Below, in pieces: positions 7,545-16,231 of a stretch of DNA of 37,950 bases. This DNA is from Candidatus Diapherotrites archaeon CG10_big_fil_rev_8_21_14_0_10_31_34. GTDB taxonomy: Archaea; Iainarchaeota; Iainarchaeia; Iainarchaeales; 1-14-0-10-31-34. Below the pieces are notes generated by a model. It was not told the origin of the DNA. It made no database searches and saw only the letters and a program-made list of their open reading frames with translations. A program made the translations under genes and the position numbers. Within the stretch, counting starts at the first letter, position 1. Each line of letters begins with the position of its first letter. The stretch covers positions 1 through 37,950 of the forward strand of contig PFAI01000028.1 in the NCBI GenBank assembly GCA_002763225.1, written 5' to 3'.

Positions 7545-9289
7545 TTAGCTTCCTCCTGTAATTTAACTTCTTTTATTTTTTTAAGTAATTCTTTTTCTTC
7601 TTCATTTAATATTCCTTGGCTGTTTTCCAGTTTTTCCATGTCTTTTTCTGAAATAAAACTAATTAATTCATCATTGTTTTCTATTCCTCTTCCTAGTACG
7701 GCATCGCTTATTGAGATTGCTACTTCTTCTCCTTTTGATGCGTTTTTTATTGTTTCTCCGTTGTTTTGTATTCCCTGAACTTTTCCGACTATTTTTCCAT
7801 TTTTCATTAATTTTGTTCCTGTTTTTAATTTTCCTTCCAGTATTTTTGCTCCGATTATTACTGGTTTAGCATTTCTGAAAACATTTTCCGGCATTAATTT
7901 TATTTTTACCGGAAACACTACTTCAGCTAAAAAATCTTTTTTTGCTTTTTCTTTTTCTTCAATAACCCATTTCTCGTATTTTTCAATTAAATTATAAATT
8001 ATTTTTTCATTGAATATTTTTATTTCATTTTTTTTTGCTTCTTCTATTGCTTCTGGATTAATTTTTGTGTTAAAAGCCAGAATTACTCCTTGAATTTTGT
8101 CTTTTTCTTTTACTCCTTCTGCTTCAATTACATCTCTTCTTGTTATTTCGCCTACATTTGCTTTTCTTACTTTGATTCCTTTTTCTTGTAATAATTTTAT
8201 TGTTGCTTCTAATGACCCTAATGTGTCTGTTTTGATTATTACTCCGTTTTCTTCTGAATCAATTTTTATTGACTGAATTTCTTTTTTGATTTCTTCTATT
8301 TCTTCTTTTGTTGCTTTAACTATTAAAGGTGAGCCGGCTAATGCATTTTCTAATCCTGGTGCAGCAATCTTTAATCCTGATGCAGCATGAACTTCTTTAA
8401 CTGAATCAAATCTTTCTTGCGGTGCACTAATTTCATCTAATGGTTTTGGCAGCAGTAATGCCCTGATTTTTGTTTCAATTATTCCTTGTTTTCCTGCTAA
8501 AACAATTTGGTCTCCTGTTCTGATTGTTCCGTCATACAAAATTACATCAATTGTTTTTCCCAAGCCTTTTTCTTCTTTTACTTCTAATATTGTTCCTTTT
8601 CCTCTTCCTTTTACTTCAATGTTTAATTTTTTTTCTAAATATTTTTGGCTTAATCCTGCTAAAAACATCAGTACTTCAGGAAAGCCTTCTCCTGTTTTAT
8701 TGCAGATTGGGATTATTGGAATTTCTTTTGTGAAATTCTGTATTCTGTCAAATCTTTCAGTTAAAAAACCTTTTTTGTGGGCTTCTCCTACAATGCAGTA
8801 AAGTTTTTTGTCTAATTCTTCCAGCAATTCTTTGCTTTGGTTTTCTTTGTTTTCGGTAAAACTTAATTTTTTTGAATCCCATCCCTGCATTTTGTCTATT
8901 TTAGTCATTGCAATGATGAAAGGAACTTTAAATGCCTTTAAAATATCCAAAGATTCCAGTGTTTGTTTTTCGCATCCTTTAATGCAGTCAACTGTTAATA
9001 CTGCCAAGTCTGCAATGCTTCCCCCTCTTTTTCTTAAATTAGAGAATGCTTCGTGCCCTGGGGTGTCAATAAATAATAATCCCGGAATCTTTAATTCAAA
9101 CCCGTATTTTTTTGTTAGTTCTCCGGCCAAATTTTTTACTATTTCAATTGGAACTTCTGTTGCACCAATATGCTGTGTTATTGCTCCTGCTTCCTGTGAA
9201 ACAATTTTTGTGCCTCTAATCATGTCTAAAAAACTTGTTTTTCCTGAGTCGACATGACCTAATACAGTTATTATTGGCTTTCTAATCAT
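7541..9289 (-). CDS. infB: Translation initiation factor aIF5B (IF-2)
   Basis: GHVDSGKT, EAGAITQHIGA, DTPGHEAF, DTLGSLEA; no intein. Confidence 0.98.
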   Translation of the reverse strand: MIRKPIITVLGHVDSGKTSFLDMIRGTKIVSQEAGAITQHIGATEVPIEIVKNLAGELTKKYGFELKIPGLLFIDTPGHEAFSNLRKRGGSIADLAVLTVDCIKGCEKQTLESLDILKAFKVPFIIAMTKIDKMQGWDSKKLSFTENKENQSKELLEELDKKLYCIVGEAHKKGFLTERFDRIQNFTKEIPIIPICNKTGEGFPEVLMFLAGLSQKYLEKKLNIEVKGRGKGTILEVKEEKGLGKTIDVILYDGTIRTGDQIVLAGKQGIIETKIRALLLPKPLDEISAPQERFDSVKEVHAASGLKIAAPGLENALAGSPLIVKATKEEIEEIKKEIQSIKIDSEENGVIIKTDTLGSLEATIKLLQEKGIKVRKANVGEITRRDVIEAEGVKEKDKIQGVILAFNTKINPEAIEEAKKNEIKIFNEKIIYNLIEKYEKWVIEEKEKAKKDFLAEVVFPVKIKLMPENVFRNAKPVIIGAKILEGKLKTGTKLMKNGKIVGKVQGIQNNGETIKNASKGEEVAISISDAVLGRGIENNDELISFISEKDMEKLENSQGILNEEEKELLKKIKEVKLQEEAK

Positions 9290-9719
9290 TTAATTTCAGT
9301 CCTGTTGAACCAAATCCGCCTTCGCCTCGGGAAGTGTCATCTAGTTCTTCAACAAATTCTATTTCAGCTAATTCAATTTTATTAAATACTAATTGAGCAA
9401 TTTTTGTTTTTTTTTCTGCAGTAAATTTTTTTTTTCCGTGATTAATTATTATTACCCCTATTTCTCCTCTGTAACCTGAGTCAATTGTTCCCGGAGTATT
9501 TAAAACAGTTATTCCTTTGTTTAATGCCAAACCAGATTTTGGTCTTACCTGCCCTTCAAATCCTTCCGGAATAGCCACTTTAATTCCTGTTTTAACTAAT
9601 TTTATTTCGCCTGGAAGAATTTCAATTGTTTCTGCTGCATACAAGTCTATTCCTGCATCTCCTTTGTGAGCTAATTCCAGTTTTACTTCTGGATTTAATT
9701 TTTTTACTTGTACTTTCAT
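9282..9719 (-). CDS. dut: Trimeric dUTPase
   Basis: AGIDL, PKSGLA, GTIDSGYRGEI, RGEGGFGSTG. Confidence 0.97.
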   Translation of the reverse strand: MKVQVKKLNPEVKLELAHKGDAGIDLYAAETIEILPGEIKLVKTGIKVAIPEGFEGQVRPKSGLALNKGITVLNTPGTIDSGYRGEIGVIIINHGKKKFTAEKKTKIAQLVFNKIELAEIEFVEELDDTSRGEGGFGSTGLKLND

Positions 9720-9846
9720 TTAATTCCCTTTTTCTTTTTTTTGATTTTAATTTCTTTTTTTATGGTTTTTTTCAATTCTTTAATTTTTTTTTCTTCAATT
9801 TTTTTAACTTATTCTTTTTAATTTATTTTTTTTGTTTTTCTTTTTT

Positions 9847-10410
9847 TTATTTGTGCATTACTTCCCATTCTTTTTTTGTGTATGCATGCAGTTCTTTTTT
9901 GTCAAACCATAAGTTTACTTCTCTGGCTGCCTGCTCTAAGTCTTCTGATGCATGAATTAAGTTTCTTACACTTCTTTGTTTTTCATCAGCTAAATCATAT
10001 GAGTCAACTGTAAAATCCCCTCTAATTGTTCCTAAGTCTGCTTTTCTTGCTTCAGTGTTTCCAATTAATTTTCTTCCAATTTCAATTGCATGGTATCCTT
10101 CAAATGTTATTGCCACTATCGGCCCTTCAGTTAAATACTCTGAATTTTGTGAATGAATTCTTTTTGCTATTTCTTCGTCTGTTTCTTTTACTGTTATTCC
10201 TTTTTTTTCAGCTAACTTTCTTGCATTTTCTCCAAGTTTTTTTGTCCATTCAGGGGTAATCACATAATGTTTGTCTGCTGTTTCTTTTGTTGCCTGAACC
10301 ATTTTCATTCCTGCAATCTTTAATCCTTTTTGTTCAAATCTTTTGATTATTTCTCCAATCAAACCTCTTTGAACTCCATCGTGTTTAACTAAAATCAAAG
10401 TTCTTTCCAT
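9847..10410 (-). CDS. ndk: Nucleoside diphosphate kinase (with internal insertion)
   Basis: ERTLILVKHDGVQRGLIG, GTIRGDF, RNLIHAS. Confidence 0.97.
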   Translation of the reverse strand: MERTLILVKHDGVQRGLIGEIIKRFEQKGLKIAGMKMVQATKETADKHYVITPEWTKKLGENARKLAEKKGITVKETDEEIAKRIHSQNSEYLTEGPIVAITFEGYHAIEIGRKLIGNTEARKADLGTIRGDFTVDSYDLADEKQRSVRNLIHASEDLEQAAREVNLWFDKKELHAYTKKEWEVMHK

Positions 10411-10429
10411 TTAATCACCTATTTTTCTT

Positions 10430-10455
10430 TTTTGATTACTTTTTTTAAAAGTTTA
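10430..10455 (+). repeat. Degenerate TTTTGAT-hairpin unit between rpl24e and ndk
   Basis: TTTTGATTACTTTTTTTAAAAGTTTA (2-nt deletion in the left arm). Confidence 0.65.
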
Positions 10456-10461
10456 TCGCAT

Positions 10462-10650
10462 TTACTGTTTTTTTCCTTTTTTTATTTTATGGTATTCGCT
10501 TGCCCATTTAGTGTTTCTTGGATTCCGCTTTAATTTCAGCAAATTTTTTTCGCATTTGCCTGAACAAAAATTAAAGGTTGTACCCTCTTTTTTTACAAAC
10601 ATTAATCCTGTTCCTTTTTTTATTTCTTTTCCGCAAAAACTGCATTTCAT
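10462..10650 (-). CDS. rpl24e: 50S ribosomal protein L24e
   Basis: CSFCG..GTG.MFV..FCSGKC..W. Confidence 0.97.
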   Translation of the reverse strand: MKCSFCGKEIKKGTGLMFVKKEGTTFNFCSGKCEKNLLKLKRNPRNTKWASEYHKIKKGKKQ

Positions 10651-10664
10651 TTTTTCTCACCCCA

Positions 10665-10788
10665 ACCCGCTTTCGTGCGGGTGTAACGGTGCACCACTTT
10701 CAGTGGTGCTAGCCCCATGCAAAGCACGGTGCCTCGTACTCAACTGCTGAAACAGTTGTTTTGATTAAACTTTTTTTAAAAGTTTACT
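10665..10788. repeat. 124-bp five-hairpin cassette, copy 2
   Basis: 123/124 identical to 4025-4148; fills the rps28e-rpl24e spacer between the stop codon and the SD. Confidence 0.95.
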
Positions 10789-10996
10789 AAGCTTTGATTT
10801 CTTTTGCTTCTCTTTCAGTTGAAAGCAAAATTATTACGTCTCCTTTTTTGATTATTCCTTTAACATTTCTTCTTTTTACTCTGCCTTGTTCTGGTCCTTC
10901 TAAAATTTTGCAGAGTACTTGGATTATTTCTCCATGAACTCCTGTTCTTTGGATTACTTCAACTACTTCTGCTGGTGTTCCTCCTCTTTCTGCCAT
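10787..10996 (-). CDS. rps28e: 30S ribosomal protein S28e
   Basis: RTGVHGEIIQV, RNVKG, EREA. Confidence 0.97.
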   Translation of the reverse strand: MAERGGTPAEVVEVIQRTGVHGEIIQVLCKILEGPEQGRVKRRNVKGIIKKGDVIILLSTEREAKEIKA

Positions 10997-11000
10997 TTAT

Positions 11001-11369
11001 TCACACCTTTTTTAATTCGCTTACTTTTTTTATTACTTCTTCTAGTTCTTTTTTTGCGCTTCCTTCTTCTATTAATGCGATTGAAGCTGTTCCGACTGCT
11101 ATTCCTGCTTTTTCCCCTAGTTCTTTTTTTGTTGAAATAAAACTATAAGGAATTTTTTTTTCTTCGCACAGCAAAGGCAAATGCATTACTAGTTCTTGTG
11201 GAGAAACATCTTCTGCAATAAAAATGATTTTTGCTTTTCCTCTTTCTATTGCTTTAGTTGTTTCATTTACTCCAATTCGAATTTTTCCTGTTTTGGTTAC
11301 TTTTTCGATTAATTCGAATTGCTTTTCTTTTAATTCCTTGCCTACGCTGAATTTAACGTATTCTGCCAT
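11001..11369 (-). CDS. rpl7ae: 50S ribosomal protein L7Ae
   Basis: GVNETTKAIERG, AEDVSP, HLPLLCEEK. Confidence 0.98.
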   Translation of the reverse strand: MAEYVKFSVGKELKEKQFELIEKVTKTGKIRIGVNETTKAIERGKAKIIFIAEDVSPQELVMHLPLLCEEKKIPYSFISTKKELGEKAGIAVGTASIALIEEGSAKKELEEVIKKVSELKKV

Positions 11370-11430
11370 TTAAAATCAACCTCCTTGCAGCCATTTATGG
11401 CTGTTCATTGTCATCGGCAAAATGAGACTT
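11370..11430 (-). promoter_or_regulatory. rpl7ae 5' UTR, candidate kink-turn autoregulatory leader
   Basis: CCGAUGACAAUGAA, hairpin CAGCCAU-AA-AUGGCUG, then GGAGGUUGA SD. Confidence 0.55.
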
Positions 11431-11451
11431 ATTAAAACGTGTGAAAAAAGC

Positions 11452-11467
11452 TTTTTAAAGGTATTTT
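11452..11467 (-). promoter_or_regulatory. BRE/TATA promoter of the rpl7ae operon
   Basis: AAAATACCTTTAAAAA on the minus strand. Confidence 0.6.
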
Positions 11468-11488
11468 AGAGGGATAATTTGAGGTTTT

Positions 11489-13183
11489 TCATTTATGGGT
11501 AAACCATAGCGTAATGCTTTTTTTGTTTATTTCATCTATTCTGCAGTAACCAAAGGATTCCAGCTGAACTGTGTTTCCTGTTTCTTCTTCAAGAATTTCT
11601 TTGTCTATTATTCCGTGTTTTTTGGTTGAATCATCCATTATTATTTCTGCATTGGTTTCAGATAAAATCCAGTTAATTAAAGGCTTGTTTTCAAGTTTTT
11701 GTATTCCAGTGAACTCGCCAAAAATTTGCATTTCGTCTTTTCTAATGACTCTGAAGTTTAGTGCATGCTTTAATCTCGCAATTTTTCCTATTTCTAATTT
11801 TTTAACATCTTTTTTTGAAATCAAAAAACTTTGTGTTCCTGCTTTTAATCCATAAACTCTTACTTGATCAGGGTAATCAGGATGCAATGGCTTTTCTATT
11901 TCCATTTCAGGAATAAAATTCACTTCTAACCTGATTGGCTCTTCAATAAAATAATATCTGTCTGATTTAGAGTCAATAAAACTTTTGTTTAAGTCAATTA
12001 TTCTGTTAAAATCAATTGTCACATCAGAGCTTTTTACTCCAATTTCTTTAATTATTTCTTTGATTGTTTTAGCTGAAAAACCTCTTCTGCGAAGCGCTTG
12101 AAGTGTGCCTAATCTTGGGTCATCCCATCCTTTATACATTCCTTGTTCTATTCCTTCTTTTATTTTTGAAGTGCTTAACACCATTTCTTTTAGTTTGATT
12201 CTTCCTGTGTGAAATGTATGCGGATAAATCCATTTGAAGTAGTCATACAAGAATTTTTGTTTTTCAGCGTTTTGTGCATGTTCTTGCCCTCTGATAATTA
12301 GTGTTACTCTTAGTTCATGGTCGTCTATTGCTGAAGCAAAATTATATGACGGCCATACATGATATTTGTCTTTTACCCTTGGGTGCTCTGGATTATCAAC
12401 TATTTTTGCTGCCCACCAGTCTCTTAAAGAAGGGTCTTTTGAATTCAAATCTGTTTTAATTCTTAGTACTGCTGTTCCTTCTTTTATTTCATGTGAAAGC
12501 ATTTTATCAAATTCTTTTGCTTGTTCTTTTGCATCTTTTTCCCTGCAACTACATCCTTTATTTTGGTCAATTAATTCTTTCCATTTTTCTTTTTCACAAA
12601 AACAAACATATGCTTTTCCCATTGAAATAATTTTTTTCATAAAAGCATAATATACTTCCATTCTGTCTGAAGCAAAATACATTTCATCTACTTTTACTCC
12701 AAGCCAGTCAAAATCTTTTTTGAATACTATTTCAGGGTTAGCCATTGGTTTTTTTACTTTTGGGTCAGTGTCATCAAACCTTAAAATAAATTTTCCATTA
12801 TATTTTCTTGCATATTCATGAGAATTTAATAAAGCTCTTGCGTTTCCTAAATGAATTGGCCCATTTGGATTTGGAGCATATCTTGTTACTACTTTTTCTT
12901 TGTCTGCCCAGTCTAACTGCATTTCTTCTTTATGTTTTCTTTCAGGCAGTTCATCAAATGAATCAAATGAATTGAATTTTTCTTCTAATTCTTTTTTGTC
13001 CATTGAATTAACTTTTTCAACTATTTCAGTTATTTCTTTTATTTCTACACTTAAATTTTTAGCTAGATTTTTGTCTATTGCCATTAGTTTTGAAATAACT
13101 GCTTTTAGTTCTGCTTTGCCTTGGTGTTCTATTGCATTTTTTACTGCATACTTTAAAGTTAATTGCTTTAAAAGTTCATCCAT
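11489..13183 (-). CDS. gltX: Glutamyl-tRNA synthetase (archaeal type)
   Basis: RYAPNPNGPIHLGN, LRFDDTDP, GWDDPRLGT, QLESFGY. Confidence 0.97.
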   Translation of the reverse strand: MDELLKQLTLKYAVKNAIEHQGKAELKAVISKLMAIDKNLAKNLSVEIKEITEIVEKVNSMDKKELEEKFNSFDSFDELPERKHKEEMQLDWADKEKVVTRYAPNPNGPIHLGNARALLNSHEYARKYNGKFILRFDDTDPKVKKPMANPEIVFKKDFDWLGVKVDEMYFASDRMEVYYAFMKKIISMGKAYVCFCEKEKWKELIDQNKGCSCREKDAKEQAKEFDKMLSHEIKEGTAVLRIKTDLNSKDPSLRDWWAAKIVDNPEHPRVKDKYHVWPSYNFASAIDDHELRVTLIIRGQEHAQNAEKQKFLYDYFKWIYPHTFHTGRIKLKEMVLSTSKIKEGIEQGMYKGWDDPRLGTLQALRRRGFSAKTIKEIIKEIGVKSSDVTIDFNRIIDLNKSFIDSKSDRYYFIEEPIRLEVNFIPEMEIEKPLHPDYPDQVRVYGLKAGTQSFLISKKDVKKLEIGKIARLKHALNFRVIRKDEMQIFGEFTGIQKLENKPLINWILSETNAEIIMDDSTKKHGIIDKEILEEETGNTVQLESFGYCRIDEINKKSITLWFTHK

Positions 13184-13236
13184 GATTTATTCCTTCAATT
13201 ACTAAATCTGAATAAAATTAGTTTTAATTTTATGCT

Positions 13237-13512
13237 TTAGCTTTTTTTGCAGCAAAACTGGTTGTTTGGACAAAAATTGTCTTTTGTTGTGTATCCTTCA
13301 GCACAGGTTTCTGAAGAGCATATTCCGTTTATTTCATCACAGGTTTTTTCTTTTGGCTGAATTGCTTTTCCAACTGGATCTCCACCAATAACATTTAACA
13401 GTAAAACAGCAGTTAAAATCACTAAGACAAATGTTCCATATCTTTTTGCCTGGCCTTTTTCTATTGCGTCTTTTAATTTGCTTAAATAATTCATTTCTGT
13501 TTTTTCATCCAT
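13237..13512 (-). CDS. Small membrane-anchored protein with a six-Cys C-terminal domain
   Basis: One TM segment, then C-x6-C-x4-C-x10-C-x5-CC; own TATA (TTTAAATA 13535-13542). Confidence 0.8.
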   Translation of the reverse strand: MDEKTEMNYLSKLKDAIEKGQAKRYGTFVLVILTAVLLLNVIGGDPVGKAIQPKEKTCDEINGICSSETCAEGYTTKDNFCPNNQFCCKKS

Positions 13513-13550
13513 AATATCACATTAGTTTTTTGTATATTTAAATTTTACTT

Positions 13551-14276
13551 TTATTTCTCCCATTTTTGGCTGAAATGAGTTGATAAAGCGTCAATTAAAC
13601 TCTTGTTTTGAAGTATTGCAAAATAATATCTTTGCTTTTGTTCTTTGAAGTCATCTAATCCTAAAACAATTTTTTTTCCGTCAATTACAAAAGCATTAAG
13701 TGAATGAACTGAATTTTTTGAAGAAACCGCTGAACCAAAAATTTTGTTTATTTCTTTATCACTGTGAATTAATTGAACATTAACTTTGTTTTTTACTGCT
13801 TTAGCTAAAGCTTCATCCAAAAAAATTCTTTTTTCTTTTATTTCAGTGAAACCTATTACGTTTTTTTTTGCTTTTAAAATCTCTGATGCAAGAATTCTAT
13901 CAAAATCAGTTAAACTTTTCACTCTTAAAACATTTTCTTGTGTTTCATTTATTTCGTTAAATTTTATTCCTTGCTTTAGTTTTAATGCGTTTTCTTCTAT
14001 TTCTTTGAATTCTTTTCTTTTTACTTCAATTAGTTTTTCTATTACTTTATTTGATTCAATTGACTGAAACTTTTTTGGTCTTCCGTGCAAAGGAATAACC
14101 AAACCTTTTTTTTCAAGTTTTTCAAGCACATCATAAACTCTTGTTTTTGGAATGTCTGTGTTTCTGCTGATTTCCGGTGCCTCTAAAGCCCCTTTTTCAA
14201 TTAAAGACAGAATTGCTTTGGATTCATATTCAGTTAAACCCAGTGAATTCAGATAAGAAACAGTTTCAGAGTTCAT
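13551..14276 (-). CDS. TrmB-family transcriptional regulator
   Basis: LGLTEYESK..IPKTRVYDVLEKLEKKGLV..GRPKKF HTH plus C-terminal effector/PLD-like domain. Confidence 0.92.
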   Translation of the reverse strand: MNSETVSYLNSLGLTEYESKAILSLIEKGALEAPEISRNTDIPKTRVYDVLEKLEKKGLVIPLHGRPKKFQSIESNKVIEKLIEVKRKEFKEIEENALKLKQGIKFNEINETQENVLRVKSLTDFDRILASEILKAKKNVIGFTEIKEKRIFLDEALAKAVKNKVNVQLIHSDKEINKIFGSAVSSKNSVHSLNAFVIDGKKIVLGLDDFKEQKQRYYFAILQNKSLIDALSTHFSQKWEK

Positions 14277-14328
14277 ACTCTAAACAAAGACAGAAAGGAA
14301 TTTAAATTTACTCTTTACAGTGAACTAA

Positions 14329-15354
14329 TTAGGCATTAATCCATTCTCTTAGATTGTCCTGTAAAACAAACTTTTTGTGCTTTAATTCCTCAGTATTTCT
14401 TGCTCCAATTAAAAACATTGAAATAACCAGTTCTTCTTTAAATGAATCCAACAAATTTTCAACTGATTTTTCGTTTCCTGCATTTCTGATAGCAGGAACA
14501 GCTATTCCTGCTAAATCTGCTCCTAATACAAGGCTTTTACACACATCTAATCCATTTCTTATTCCGCCAGAAGCAATAATCTTTTTTTTAGAAGCTTTTT
14601 TTGTAAACAAAACTGAGGCAGCAGTCGGAATCCCAAACTCGCCAAAAACTTCTCCTAATCTTTTTTTTCCATGCAAAATTGAATCAATTTTGACAAAAGA
14701 AGTTCCTCCTCTTCCGGCAACATCAATTGCATTGATTTTAGTTGAATCAAGTTTTTTTGCGGTTTCAAATGAAATCCCGTTTCCGACTTCTTTAACTATA
14801 ACAGGAAAATTGCTTTGTTCAGCAAAATTTTTAATGCTGTTAAAAACTTCAGAAAACCCTTTTGTTTTTGAGTTCTGCATTAATTCCTGTGCAGAATTCA
14901 AGTGAACTGAAACTGCATCAGCCTGTATTTCTTCAGCAAAATCATCAATTTTTTTTGCAGAGTGTTTTGCCAGTTCTAATGCCCCTATATTTGCTTCCAA
15001 AAAAATTGAAGGGCAATATTTTCTTAATTTGAAGAATTCTATTTTAGATTTGTTTTCTAACCCTGCTCTCATTGAACCCAAAGCAAAACCAATGCCTTTT
15101 TTTTCGCATGCCAAAGCAATGTTTTTATTTAATTCAAAAGATTTTTTTGTTCCTCCTGTAATTGGTCTGATGCAAAGCGGGAAAGAAAATTTTTTTCCCA
15201 AAAAAGTTGTTTGGGTTTTAATTTCAGTTAGTTCACAATCCAATAACGGATTATGTATAAGTTCAATCTCTTCGAATAAACTTGTTTTTCTGAATTGGCT
15301 TTCTTTTTTCATTGCAGTTTTTAAATGCAAATCTTTTCTTTTTTCTGTTTTCAT
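14329..15354 (-). CDS. fni: Type 2 isopentenyl-diphosphate delta-isomerase
   Basis: RKDLHL, TGG, HLNSAQE, VKEVGNG, DVAGRGGTS, SGGIRNG. Confidence 0.95.
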   Translation of the reverse strand: MKTEKRKDLHLKTAMKKESQFRKTSLFEEIELIHNPLLDCELTEIKTQTTFLGKKFSFPLCIRPITGGTKKSFELNKNIALACEKKGIGFALGSMRAGLENKSKIEFFKLRKYCPSIFLEANIGALELAKHSAKKIDDFAEEIQADAVSVHLNSAQELMQNSKTKGFSEVFNSIKNFAEQSNFPVIVKEVGNGISFETAKKLDSTKINAIDVAGRGGTSFVKIDSILHGKKRLGEVFGEFGIPTAASVLFTKKASKKKIIASGGIRNGLDVCKSLVLGADLAGIAVPAIRNAGNEKSVENLLDSFKEELVISMFLIGARNTEELKHKKFVLQDNLREWINA

Positions 15355-16160
15355 TCAAAAAACCCTATTGAAGCATAAGCTACAACACTTGAATTATCCC
15401 CTGTTGTTTTTCCTGAATTGCTATAATCTATGAGTTCAGCTTTTTTTATGCCTTTCTTTTTGCAGTATTGCATTAAAACTTCTATTGCTGAGTGCCCGCA
15501 AATGCTTAACCTTTCATTTTTAACAAGCTCGTGAAATCCTTTTACATTCATTTTTTTGATTAATTTAATTGCCTTGAAATCGTTTTCTTTTGCTTTTTTT
15601 GATGACAGAAAATGAGTGAAATCGCTTGAAGCAATCACTGAAAACTTTTTTCCAAGAATTTTTTCTGTTTCAATCAATGTTTCTGCCAGTTTTTCAAGTT
15701 CTTCAGAATTTTCTGTCATTAAAGTAATTGGAACAATCTTGAATTCTTTAAACAGATACTGCAAGAAAATCAGTTGAATTTCAATTGAATGTTCTTGTAA
15801 ATGAGCTATTTCATCTTTTTTTGCTTTTGAATTTAATTCAGTTATTTTTTCAACAGCTTTTTTGTCTATTTCTGTTTCTCTTAAAGGAGTAACCCATGTT
15901 CCTTCCGGATAAACTGATATTTTTTCTCCGTAACCAGTGTGATTTGGGGAAAGAATCACAACTGTTTCAGGTTTTTGCATTAAAGAATAAGAATATGAGG
16001 CAGTCTGGCCTGAATAAATTGTTCCTGCGTGAGGTGAAATAAAATAATTAGTTTTTTTTGAAGTTTTTTTCACTTTAGAAAAAAAAGTTTTTAATTGAGT
16101 AATTATTTCTTGTTTGTTTTTTGGATAAAAGCTTCCTTTAATTACTGCTTCTCTTAGCAT
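15351..16160 (-). CDS. MEMO1-family (AmmeMemoRadiSAM B) protein
   Basis: GSFYP, SPHAG..YSG, EHSIEIQL, ASSDFTH, ICG, VVAYAS; TATA at about 16184-16191. Confidence 0.94.
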   Translation of the reverse strand: MLREAVIKGSFYPKNKQEIITQLKTFFSKVKKTSKKTNYFISPHAGTIYSGQTASYSYSLMQKPETVVILSPNHTGYGEKISVYPEGTWVTPLRETEIDKKAVEKITELNSKAKKDEIAHLQEHSIEIQLIFLQYLFKEFKIVPITLMTENSEELEKLAETLIETEKILGKKFSVIASSDFTHFLSSKKAKENDFKAIKLIKKMNVKGFHELVKNERLSICGHSAIEVLMQYCKKKGIKKAELIDYSNSGKTTGDNSSVVAYASIGFFE

Positions 16161-16231
16161 AATAAAAAAATGGGAAAATGTTTTTTTAAAGAGTGTTTTT
16201 GTTAAAGATTTTTTTTTAAACGGTTGTTTTA

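Noticed and set aside
7541..9289. Intein in aIF5B, a known intein host
   Set aside because: Length of 582 aa and continuous GTPase motifs leave no room for an insertion.
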